From Candidatus Aenigmatarchaeota archaeon (GTDB lineage: Archaea; Aenigmatarchaeota; Aenigmatarchaeia; GW2011-AR5): a DNA stretch of 64,000 nucleotides. Positions within the stretch are counted from its first letter, which is position 1, and every line of letters starts with the position of its first letter. This document shows, piece by piece, positions 54,221 to 62,135 of the stretch. The notes beneath the pieces were generated by a model. It did no database searches. It was not told where the DNA came from and saw nothing but the letters and a program-made list of their open reading frames with translations. The DNA lies in NCBI GenBank assembly GCA_042584825.1, contig JBHOSK010000001.1:78393-142392 (forward strand), read 5' to 3'. The translations under genes and the position numbers were made by a program.

Positions 54221-54481
54221 CTACTTATCCTTCATTTTTTGCTTTAGTTTTTGATATTCCTTTTCCTCAGATATTACCTTGTTAGTATGGTATGTATTCA
54301 CGTAATGGAATGCTAATCCAACGCCCCAGAATACGGTTACCCAATAGAACCACAGGGCACCACGTGTTAATATGATATTAATGAAAAAAAGCATAACGTT
54401 GATGATGATATATGCACCTAGATGGCTTTTGAAGTCAACCCTTTCCTTCGCCATTCTTCTCAATTCCCTTTCATTTACCAT
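54221..54481 (-). CDS. 2TM-domain membrane protein
   Basis: ERVDFKSHLGAYIIINVMLFFINI...WFYWVTVFWGVGLAFHY pattern. Confidence 0.5.
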   Translation of the reverse strand: MVNERELRRMAKERVDFKSHLGAYIIINVMLFFINIILTRGALWFYWVTVFWGVGLAFHYVNTYHTNKVISEEKEYQKLKQKMKDK

Positions 54482-54579
54482 ATCATCACAATAAATTGAT
54501 TTATCCTGTATGTATATAAATTAATTCTTCTCTCTATAATCCCTATCGAGGATTATTCCACCAAGAGCACTCAAAAAGT

Positions 54580-54963
54580 TTATTTTTCCATTATTGATTT
54601 TAATTTATCAAGTGTCTCCTGTGAAAAGGGATCAATGAGTTCTCCGTTTTCAACCCATTCAAAATAGATTAATTCAGTTGAATTGTCATCCAGAGGTATG
54701 TATGTATACTGTACTCTATAATCACTGTCTTTCTGACGAAGAGTGAAAATATCATTTGTTTTGAATTCAATAACCTCATACTCAGTCCATACACCATCTT
54801 TGTTTTTGTTCGAATAGATAGTTCCTACTTTAACAGGAAATTTATTTGCCTTTTCTTCCGATATACTTTCAACCCATTTTGGAGTATTTGTGGGGTTAGT
54901 AGTAAAACGAAATACGTCAGAAACAGGACGTTTTATTTCTACACTGACTTTATTTTTTTTCAT
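54580..54963 (-). CDS. SRPBCC-superfamily (polyketide cyclase/AHSA1-like) protein
   Basis: VEIKRPVSDVFRFTTNPTNTPKW start, ~125 aa. Confidence 0.55.
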   Translation of the reverse strand: MKKNKVSVEIKRPVSDVFRFTTNPTNTPKWVESISEEKANKFPVKVGTIYSNKNKDGVWTEYEVIEFKTNDIFTLRQKDSDYRVQYTYIPLDDNSTELIYFEWVENGELIDPFSQETLDKLKSIMEK

Positions 54964-55085
54964 AATCTGAATTTAGAAGAAGCTTATTTAAGAGTTAAGC
55001 AGGTCCAGCTATTCCTTCGTCACCTATACCAGAATATTCATTACCATTAACAGTGAAAGTATCACCGTCAGAAATAACTACTATA

Positions 55086-56132
55086 CTAACGATTTGCTGC
55101 TTCAATACAAAAACTCTTAGCTTCCTCGTCCGATATGATCTTATCACATATTGTAGGATCATTTAATGTGTTAGCAATATTATGATAACAGTTTGTAGAT
55201 TCAGGACTTATTTTATCACACACATCAACATCTAATTTAGTGACAGCATAGCTAAAATAGCAGGGGGTTATTATATCGATATCTGATGTTTGTTCACATA
55301 TGGTAGCATCTGAATTTAAAATGGCTAACTTTGTAAAACAAAAACTCTCTATACAACTAGATGCATCATTCTCAAAGACAGCAATACAATCTATTTTGTA
55401 ATTAGCATCTTCAAATAATTCACACATCGAAACATCTAGTGTACTGTTCGGTTCTCTGATCTGGTAAAATATATCTTTATAGCAATTGTGTTCATTTGTA
55501 GTTGAGAATCCGAATGCAATATTAGAACAGAATTGGGGTTGACCAGAAGCTATAGCAGTTTCAAATATACATTCGTTGTATGCACGGCTATTGCGATCAG
55601 CATTCTCTGTATCAGAACTTACAACACCTTCACATAATGTAGGATCTTTTAACTCTAAAGCAAGGGTAACAAAACATTCATCCTTCAACACATTATTTTC
55701 TATATCATTACAATTGTTTTCAAGGGTATTTTTTGAAATTTCGTTTAAGCAGAAGTCCTTGTAGTGAACAGTTTCTGTCGAAGATCCACTACCTATATTC
55801 ATCATGTTAGCCATCCATGATTTTATATTAACAACTGTTGTGGCCCCAACCAGACCACGACAAGTATCTATATCATTCAGATTGATGGCAACATACACTT
55901 TACAAGAATCCATATTATATTTATATTTTTCTCCAATATATTCACAAATCGAATAATCTGTACTATCTTTTATGAAATAATTATAACAATCTAGCTCTGT
56001 TCTGTCATTAGTACTACCAGCACCTGAATCATATCCATCACACATCTCTATATCTGTTGGTGGCCATGTTGTAACAGTACACCCACTCACCGTTAGTACA
56101 CTAATTATCAACAAGAGTGGAAGATATTTCAT
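55086..56132 (-). CDS. Secreted lipobox-type Cys-rich repeat protein
   Basis: Signal LLLIISVLTVSGC. More than 30 Cys in recurring D..C(Y/F)......C patterns. Paralogous to 63706-63999. Confidence 0.55.
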   Translation of the reverse strand: MKYLPLLLIISVLTVSGCTVTTWPPTDIEMCDGYDSGAGSTNDRTELDCYNYFIKDSTDYSICEYIGEKYKYNMDSCKVYVAINLNDIDTCRGLVGATTVVNIKSWMANMMNIGSGSSTETVHYKDFCLNEISKNTLENNCNDIENNVLKDECFVTLALELKDPTLCEGVVSSDTENADRNSRAYNECIFETAIASGQPQFCSNIAFGFSTTNEHNCYKDIFYQIREPNSTLDVSMCELFEDANYKIDCIAVFENDASSCIESFCFTKLAILNSDATICEQTSDIDIITPCYFSYAVTKLDVDVCDKISPESTNCYHNIANTLNDPTICDKIISDEEAKSFCIEAANR

Positions 56133-56204
56133 AATAAGAATTGGTGTGCTTCTGGTTTAAAGTTTTAAGAAGATTTCTGAGATTCCATCAATAGGTGTGA
56201 TTAG

Positions 56205-56789
56205 ATGAAAAAGAACAATCAATATGTATTGCTCGCCGTATTATTCATAGTAGCTATTGCTACTATTTCTGGTATGATATCATCTACTGGACAAATAACT
56301 GGAAGAGCTACTCAGTCCAGCTCTCAGCCTGACCAAACATGTAGAGAGGTGACTGAAACTTATACGGAAACAGTACCTTATACGGTTCAAGAGCCTTATG
56401 AAGCAGTAGAAGATTATGATTATTATCCAACATATTCTATTGTTCAAAACAAAAAGAGTGGAGAGTGGAATTTTGACAGAGGTTATTTCGCAAGAAATAC
56501 AGTAAAAATAAAAAATACAGGAGATTCGGGTACATGGTATACAGTAACATCAACTTTTGAAACGTTACAAGACGGAGAGAAAGATGTCAATTCTAGACAC
56601 TTTATAGAACCAGATGAAACAATAACATTTGTAAATGAATATGACGTAAACACGGGCGAGAATTGGCAGGTAAATAACGTTAATGTTGATATCGAATCTG
56701 TAATAAAGCAAAGAACCGTAACAAAACATCGTACAGTAACAAAATACAGGGATGAAGAGAAAACAAGAATCAAGACCGTTTGTGAGTAA
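56205..56789 (+). CDS. N-terminally anchored extracellular protein (hypothetical)
   Basis: TM VLLAVLFIVAIATISGMI, then a Thr/Glu/Tyr-rich beta-like domain. C-terminal duplicated RTVTKH/RTVTKY. Confidence 0.45.
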   Translation: MKKNNQYVLLAVLFIVAIATISGMISSTGQITGRATQSSSQPDQTCREVTETYTETVPYTVQEPYEAVEDYDYYPTYSIVQNKKSGEWNFDRGYFARNTVKIKNTGDSGTWYTVTSTFETLQDGEKDVNSRHFIEPDETITFVNEYDVNTGENWQVNNVNVDIESVIKQRTVTKHRTVTKYRDEEKTRIKTVCE

Positions 56790-56931
56790 ATTATTTTTTT
56801 TCTTTATAACTAATTCTAGTTTAGAGAAAGAGACCACGTCTTATCTGGAAGGTTCACACGACCAGAAATTTGCGGGAGGAAAATTTTCATTTAAATACTT
56901 TTCTGCGTCTAAAAACGCAAGGTGAGTAATA

Positions 56932-57096
56932 ATGTTCAGAAAAATATTCGAGAAGTTCTCAGGATTTGTAGAAGAAACTAGAAGAATTAATAGAGCGTAT
57001 AGAGAAGCTTTTGCTAATTGTTACGTAGGAACTCCACAAGAAGTTGCACGGAAAACAGAAGCTTGGGATTACGTTCATAGAATAACAAGATATTAA
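56932..57096 (+). CDS. Small hypothetical protein (54 aa)
   Basis: ORF below the track cutoff. RBS aaggtgag lies ~6 nt upstream, with hairpin tgcgt-ctaaaa-acgca just before it. Confidence 0.35.
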   Translation: MFRKIFEKFSGFVEETRRINRAYREAFANCYVGTPQEVARKTEAWDYVHRITRY

Positions 57097-57135
57097 TCTC
57101 TACTACTCTTTTGAAACATCCTTACCGATTCTATA

Positions 57136-57606
57136 TTATTCAATTATCTTCTCATATGCCTTTGCATAAAATTTGAATCCAGCCTTTTCATAGAAACCAT
57201 GAGCCCTTTTTAGTTCATTACTCGATTCCAACCGAACACATTTTATGCTATTTTCTTTTGCCCATTTTATTACAGCGTCAACCAGTTTTTCTGCCACGTT
57301 TTTGCCTTGAAATTCATCAACAACATACATTTCTTCAATTTCAGCACAACACCGGCCTTTTCTAATCTGTGGAATTTTATAAACCGTTACAATTCCAACA
57401 TAATTATTTTCATCCTTTGCTAAAAATATTGCTCCATCAGTAGAATCTACTACCTCATCAAAAACAGGACTTCCTGATTCCTTGGCAGCTGTTGAAATAA
57501 ACCCCTTTTCCGGATCAATTACTTGTATACATGCTGTTACAAAATCATCAAGTAGTTTCAAAACGACTTCCTTATGCGTTTTGTCAGCTTTCAATATTTC
57601 TATCAT
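57136..57606 (-). CDS. GNAT-family N-acetyltransferase
   Basis: Acetyl-CoA motif VVDEFQGKNVAEKLVDAV and the C-terminal AHGFYEKAGF. Confidence 0.85.
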   Translation of the reverse strand: MIEILKADKTHKEVVLKLLDDFVTACIQVIDPEKGFISTAAKESGSPVFDEVVDSTDGAIFLAKDENNYVGIVTVYKIPQIRKGRCCAEIEEMYVVDEFQGKNVAEKLVDAVIKWAKENSIKCVRLESSNELKRAHGFYEKAGFKFYAKAYEKIIE

Positions 57607-57657
57607 AATACTATTTAGAATATGTAATTATAAATTCGCTTACAACGAAGTCAGAAG

Positions 57658-57993
57658 TTATTGAACAGGTTCAGCAACTGGCGCTTCATCAGCACCATAC
57701 AATGTAGCACATTTAAGAGGTAAATATTCACCAGCTTCATTCCAGCCACGTCTTGCAGGATGAGAAGGTGTTCTTACATTCATTCTTACTCCTGTAACTG
57801 CACCTGAATCATCAGTAACAACAGTACAAGGATAGAATCTTGTATCACCCCAAGTTCTCTCAAAAAACGAGAAGTCGTGTCTTCTAACATAAACAGTATC
57901 TCCACTACTAAGACCGTCATAACTAGGTAACCGAGTTGCTTGACCTAATTCCAATATTCCTGTTGCTGTTGTCCCTGTCATAATATCACTCAT
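57658..57993 (-). CDS. Orphan protein, Lys-poor composition class
   Basis: Start placed at ATG 57993 (MSDIMTG), 17+ nt downstream of gctataaaaacc. The ORF-track start 58026 would leave only 8 nt to the divergent gene. Confidence 0.4.
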   Translation of the reverse strand: MSDIMTGTTATGILELGQATRLPSYDGLSSGDTVYVRRHDFSFFERTWGDTRFYPCTVVTDDSGAVTGVRMNVRTPSHPARRGWNEAGEYLPLKCATLYGADEAPVAEPVQ

Positions 57994-58004
57994 AGATAGA
58001 GATC

Positions 58005-58020
58005 GGAAGGTTTTTATAGC
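58005..58020. promoter_or_regulatory. Shared bidirectional TATA element (ggaaggTTTTTATAgc / gcTATAAAAAccttcc)
   Basis: It lies ~17-25 nt from both ATG 57993 (-) and ATG 58035 (+). Confidence 0.4.
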
Positions 58021-58034
58021 TTTCATATTTTAGG

Positions 58035-58646
58035 ATGTTTATGAGCCACAAAAAAGCAAAACTATTCTTCAAAAAAGACAAACATTTTAAAAATATAGAC
58101 GTACCAAAGATACCAGAAAGAAACAAAAGAAATCATTTTGATACTTTGGTAACATCTATAGTATATCAACAAATATCTGGAAAAGCAGCGTCATCCATCT
58201 ACAGTAGGCTGAAAGCCTACTGCAAAGGAAGAATAACACCCGAGAAAATATCTAAAACAAGACCAGCACAACTGAAGAAACTGGGTCTTTCTCCTCAAAA
58301 AACTTCATACATAAAAGACCTGTCCAAAAAATTCCTAAACAAGGAAGTGAACACACGAAAGTTTCCGTCATTGACAAATGACGAAGTCATAGAAGAGCTC
58401 ACAAAAATAAAAGGTATCGGAGTTTGGACAGCTCAGATGTTTCTCATATTTCATTTAGGAAGAGAAGACGTTTTTCCCGTGGCTGATTTAGGAGTCCAGA
58501 AAGCCTTCACAAAACTTTTTTCCGTCTCCGACGTAAGTCAAATGGAATCCATTTCAAAGAAGTGGGAACCTTACAGAACTTACGCATCACTAATGCTTTG
58601 GAAAACTATAGACACAGTAAATCCTGACGGTGAGAGTGATTGGTGA
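58035..58646 (+). CDS. HhH-GPD DNA glycosylase (AlkA-like 3-methyladenine glycosylase II)
   Basis: HhH motif LTKIKGIGVWTAQMFLIFHLGREDVFPVADLGV. Confidence 0.8.
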   Translation: MFMSHKKAKLFFKKDKHFKNIDVPKIPERNKRNHFDTLVTSIVYQQISGKAASSIYSRLKAYCKGRITPEKISKTRPAQLKKLGLSPQKTSYIKDLSKKFLNKEVNTRKFPSLTNDEVIEELTKIKGIGVWTAQMFLIFHLGREDVFPVADLGVQKAFTKLFSVSDVSQMESISKKWEPYRTYASLMLWKTIDTVNPDGESDW

Positions 58647-58674
58647 AGAAAACTCGGGGCAGAATTTACGTATT

Positions 58675-58689
58675 TTAAAAAGGCTTTTG
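58675..58689 (+). promoter_or_regulatory. TATA-like promoter of 58703-58972
   Basis: TTAAAAAGGCTTTTG ends 14 nt before the ATG. The same 15-mer recurs at 58976-58990. Confidence 0.5.
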
Positions 58690-58702
58690 TGTCATTTCTA
58701 TC

Positions 58703-58972
58703 ATGAGCGCTTATAGAATTGATTTTTCACCGAAACCAACCTTCACATTGGGTATATTATCAGCTGCAGCCCTTCTTTCTTGCTTATCATTAGGTGTAGT
58801 AACCTATGTTTTTATCGGTGGATCTAGTAGAGATGAAAGACCACCCGCATATGAAGTTCAAAAAGCTAATGTCACAGGTAATCCAGAACCAGATGAATTT
58901 TTTATTCAGGACGGAGACACAACTTATGTGTCAATTGATGGAAGACCCACCGGAAACAGACTACCCGATTAA
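58703..58972 (+). CDS. Orphan N-terminally anchored small protein, Lys-poor composition class
   Basis: 89-aa ORF. TM FTLGILSAAALLSCLSLGVVTYVFIGG, then an acidic/Pro-rich domain. Confidence 0.45.
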   Translation: MSAYRIDFSPKPTFTLGILSAAALLSCLSLGVVTYVFIGGSSRDERPPAYEVQKANVTGNPEPDEFFIQDGDTTYVSIDGRPTGNRLPD

Positions 58973-58975
58973 CTC

Positions 58976-58990
58976 TTAAAAAGGCTTTTG
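58976..58990 (+). promoter_or_regulatory. TATA-like promoter of the 59008-62076 adhesin gene
   Basis: Identical 15-mer TTAAAAAGGCTTTTG, 18 nt before GTG 59008. Confidence 0.5.
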
Positions 58991-59007
58991 GAGTCAGATT
59001 ATAATGG

Positions 59008-62000
59008 GTGTGGATTACGAAATCTGTAACTGTAATATTCATAATCACAATGAGTTTATTTCTATTTAGTCAAGTTGCTAGCGCTGAAACCATAATTTAT
59101 GATGATTTCTCTACAGGTCCGTTGAACGAGACTAAATGGGAAATAGAATGTTTTGAAGAAGAAGCAGGATGCCATAGCGAAGTCTGGGTTGATGAGGAAA
59201 ACGAAACCTTTCATATAGCTGAACCAGAACCACACGGATTAGCTCTTTCAAAAGGCACGACCGTGTATCTTACTGAATATAGTTTTAGTGTAGGAAATGA
59301 GTTGGATTGGGATTTTTATTATAGGGAAAATATAGGAAATCAGGTTGTATGTTTTACATTTGGCGGAGAACAGACGCTATCTTGTGTAGGATATTGGAAT
59401 GGTGAACAATACGATGGAAACATTGCAGGAGATTATCATTATAAAATAAAAATTTTGGATGAAAATACATTATTTGTTAATTTCACCAAGCCCGATAACA
59501 CAACAGTTACACGAACTGTTAATATAGAGAACATATTAAACGGTTTTAAATTTGGGGCTAATGCTGGCCATGATGGAGTAATTCATGTGGATTATGATAA
59601 TTTTGTTATAACAGCACCACCACTCTCATACGAATACCAAGTTGATGAATATACACTTGGTTTATGGCATCTTGATGAAGGCGAAGGTACAATAGCTTAT
59701 GATGAAACCGGAATATTTCATGGAACAATAAATGGAGCAACCTGGACAGACAATACCGCTCCTATAGGAGGTAGTGATTATTCGCTTAGTTTTGACGGTA
59801 ATGATTGTGTCACTATTACAACAGGAACGAATGGTGTTAATGGAGAACCTTTTGAAGAATTTACTTTAGAAGCCTGGGTATATCCCACAAGCCATCAAGG
59901 TATACAAACTTTTTTATCTGATGTGTCTGTCGATGGTCTAATAGAATTGAAATCTACTCACGTGGGAAGTGGAAAATTTAGGATAGAGAGGTACGCGGAT
60001 AGTTATCAGATTGCAGAGGATCCAAACATACACGACCTTTTTAATTGGTATCATGTCGCAGGTACATGGAACGGATTAATATTAAAACTATACGTTAACG
60101 GAGAACCCGTTGATTCTGTCGATTCTGTTGGTGAATATGAATCTAGTGGTGGTGTTAGTATAGGTTGCTATCCTGGTGGTAACAATCCTTATGTTGGTAT
60201 TGTAGATGAAGTGAGAATAAGTAACACCGCCCGAGAAGATTTTAACAATACTAACATGTATTTGATTCCAATAGGGAATAAAGAAATAAATGAAAACGAA
60301 ACATTAATAATTGATTTGAATGCAACCAACCCCAATAATAGTACATTAACCTATTACACAAATGCAGCAGAAGTTTTACCAAGTCCTTTTGAATTTGATT
60401 CTGAAGAAGGATTTTTCGTTTGGATACCCACATTCAATGATGCTGGAATATATGAAGTCATGTTTAGTGTAACTGATGGAGAACATTGGGATTCTGAAAC
60501 AATTAACATAACGGTTATTAATGTGAATAGAGCACCTATTCTTGACCCAATAGGTGATAGAGAAATAAATGAAAATGAAACATTAATAATAGATACCAAT
60601 GCGACAGATCCAGACAACGACACTTTGATATATTTTGTAATGCCATGGATTTACAGCACATATATTTTCGATAATGATACAGGAATCTTTGAATGGACGC
60701 CAACATTTGATGATGCTGGAGAATACGAAATTTTATTTGGTGTCACAGATGGCTATATCGGAGACTCTGAACTAATTGATGTCACTGTTCATAATGTAAA
60801 TAGACTACCAATATTGGATCAAATTGGTAATAAAGAAGTTGATGAAAATAATATTTTGTCAATATTAGTAAATGCAAGCGACCCCGACAATGATGATTTG
60901 TTATACTATACAAATGCAGCAGAAATTTTACCAAGTACATTTTATTTCAATACGTATACTGGTGAATTTAATTGGATACCAACCTATTATGATGCTGGAG
61001 AGTATGAAGTTACATTTAATGTAACAGATGGAGAATATTGGGCTTCTGAAACAATAACAATAACTGTTAATAATGTTCCTTTCACCGATTTTGTCATATA
61101 TCCTGATGAAATCATATTCAGTAATGATAACCCAATGAAATATGAAATTGTTACAATGACAGCATTTTTCCATAACTTACTAGAAATAGATCCCGATGAA
61201 GTTCTTGTCAGATTTTATTCAGGAGAACCATCTAATGAAACATTTATTGGTGAAGATCTGATTGAAATACGAGGTCGAAGTAGTTTTTTTGCACAAATAG
61301 AATGGTCACCACAAATGCAGGGTGATTATGATATTCATATTTGGATTGATCCTTTGGATGAAATACCAGAGGCGTACGAAGACAACAACATAGCATCAAA
61401 AGAAATTCATGTACATACAAAACCAGATATACGCATACGTGATAGTGATATGGCATTCAGTGATAATTATCCAGATCATGGAGAAGAAATAATGATAATG
61501 GCTATGTTAAGAAATGTTGAGTCAATACCTATCGGGCAATTTACTGTAAGAGTTTATGATGATCACTGGCAAAATATAATTGGCCAGACTGAAATGTCAT
61601 TAGATCCATTTGAAACAGACATTGTAATAATGTATTGGAATACAACATTTGGCCACCATGATATACACGTTTATGCTGACAGCAGATTTATCATAGATGA
61701 ACTTAACGAAACTAACAATCACGCTATAAAAAACATCTACGTTAACAGAGTACCTACATTAAGCGCAATTGAAGACAGACAAATTTTTGAAACACAAACT
61801 CTTGTAATAGACGCTGACGCATTTGATCCAGATTTTGATCCATTATTATATTATACAGACGCTGATCAAGTTTTACCATCATCATTTGATTTTGATTCTG
61901 AAACTGGAATTTTTGAATGGACACCAACATACAGCGATGCTGGTTCTTATTTTGTTACATTCAATGTCACAGATAGTTATGCTTGGGATGAAGAAACAAT

Positions 62001-62076
62001 AGAAATAACGGTTAACAACGCACACCATGGTGGTAAATTCTTATATGAAATGATGGATCAAGGCGGCGGGATATAA
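59008..62076 (+). CDS. Large surface adhesin-like protein: signal peptide, two jelly-roll/LamG-like regions, 4 cadherin/He_PIG-like repeats, 2 CARDB-like domains
   Basis: Signal ...LFLFSQVASA. LamG-like FTLEAWVYPT...WYHVAGTWNG..LKLYVNGE. Four ~90-aa repeats (IGxxEINENETLIID.NATDPDND.L.YYTNA...F.F....G.F.W.PT..DAG.YEV.F.VTDG). CARDB-like segments with the E.NE.NN ending. Confidence 0.7.
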   Translation: MWITKSVTVIFIITMSLFLFSQVASAETIIYDDFSTGPLNETKWEIECFEEEAGCHSEVWVDEENETFHIAEPEPHGLALSKGTTVYLTEYSFSVGNELDWDFYYRENIGNQVVCFTFGGEQTLSCVGYWNGEQYDGNIAGDYHYKIKILDENTLFVNFTKPDNTTVTRTVNIENILNGFKFGANAGHDGVIHVDYDNFVITAPPLSYEYQVDEYTLGLWHLDEGEGTIAYDETGIFHGTINGATWTDNTAPIGGSDYSLSFDGNDCVTITTGTNGVNGEPFEEFTLEAWVYPTSHQGIQTFLSDVSVDGLIELKSTHVGSGKFRIERYADSYQIAEDPNIHDLFNWYHVAGTWNGLILKLYVNGEPVDSVDSVGEYESSGGVSIGCYPGGNNPYVGIVDEVRISNTAREDFNNTNMYLIPIGNKEINENETLIIDLNATNPNNSTLTYYTNAAEVLPSPFEFDSEEGFFVWIPTFNDAGIYEVMFSVTDGEHWDSETINITVINVNRAPILDPIGDREINENETLIIDTNATDPDNDTLIYFVMPWIYSTYIFDNDTGIFEWTPTFDDAGEYEILFGVTDGYIGDSELIDVTVHNVNRLPILDQIGNKEVDENNILSILVNASDPDNDDLLYYTNAAEILPSTFYFNTYTGEFNWIPTYYDAGEYEVTFNVTDGEYWASETITITVNNVPFTDFVIYPDEIIFSNDNPMKYEIVTMTAFFHNLLEIDPDEVLVRFYSGEPSNETFIGEDLIEIRGRSSFFAQIEWSPQMQGDYDIHIWIDPLDEIPEAYEDNNIASKEIHVHTKPDIRIRDSDMAFSDNYPDHGEEIMIMAMLRNVESIPIGQFTVRVYDDHWQNIIGQTEMSLDPFETDIVIMYWNTTFGHHDIHVYADSRFIIDELNETNNHAIKNIYVNRVPTLSAIEDRQIFETQTLVIDADAFDPDFDPLLYYTDADQVLPSSFDFDSETGIFEWTPTYSDAGSYFVTFNVTDSYAWDEETIEITVNNAHHGGKFLYEMMDQGGGI

Positions 62077-62135
62077 TGAAACAAAATGCTAAGAGTGATA
62101 AACCGTTTAAGGTGTACAAGCATGTTAAGGAGAGG

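Noticed and set aside
54990-55085. Open frame fragment on the minus strand just downstream of the 55086 stop (…ISDGDTFTVNGNEYSGIGDEGIAGPA).
   Set aside because: It has no start codon and is in a different frame from the upstream gene. It may be a decayed gene remnant, but is too short to support.
57994-58034. Only 8 nt between the ORF-track starts of divergent genes 57658-58026 and 58035-58646. This was considered an anomaly.
   Set aside because: It is resolved by moving the minus-strand start to ATG 57993. That leaves a 41-nt spacer with one palindromic TATA element at proper distance from both starts.
59004-59069. ATG at 59004, placed at the same distance from the 15-mer box as the start of the preceding orphan.
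   Set aside because: It opens only a 21-codon frame ending in TAG and is out of frame with the 1022-aa ORF. GTG 59008 (or ATG 59050) is the plausible adhesin start.
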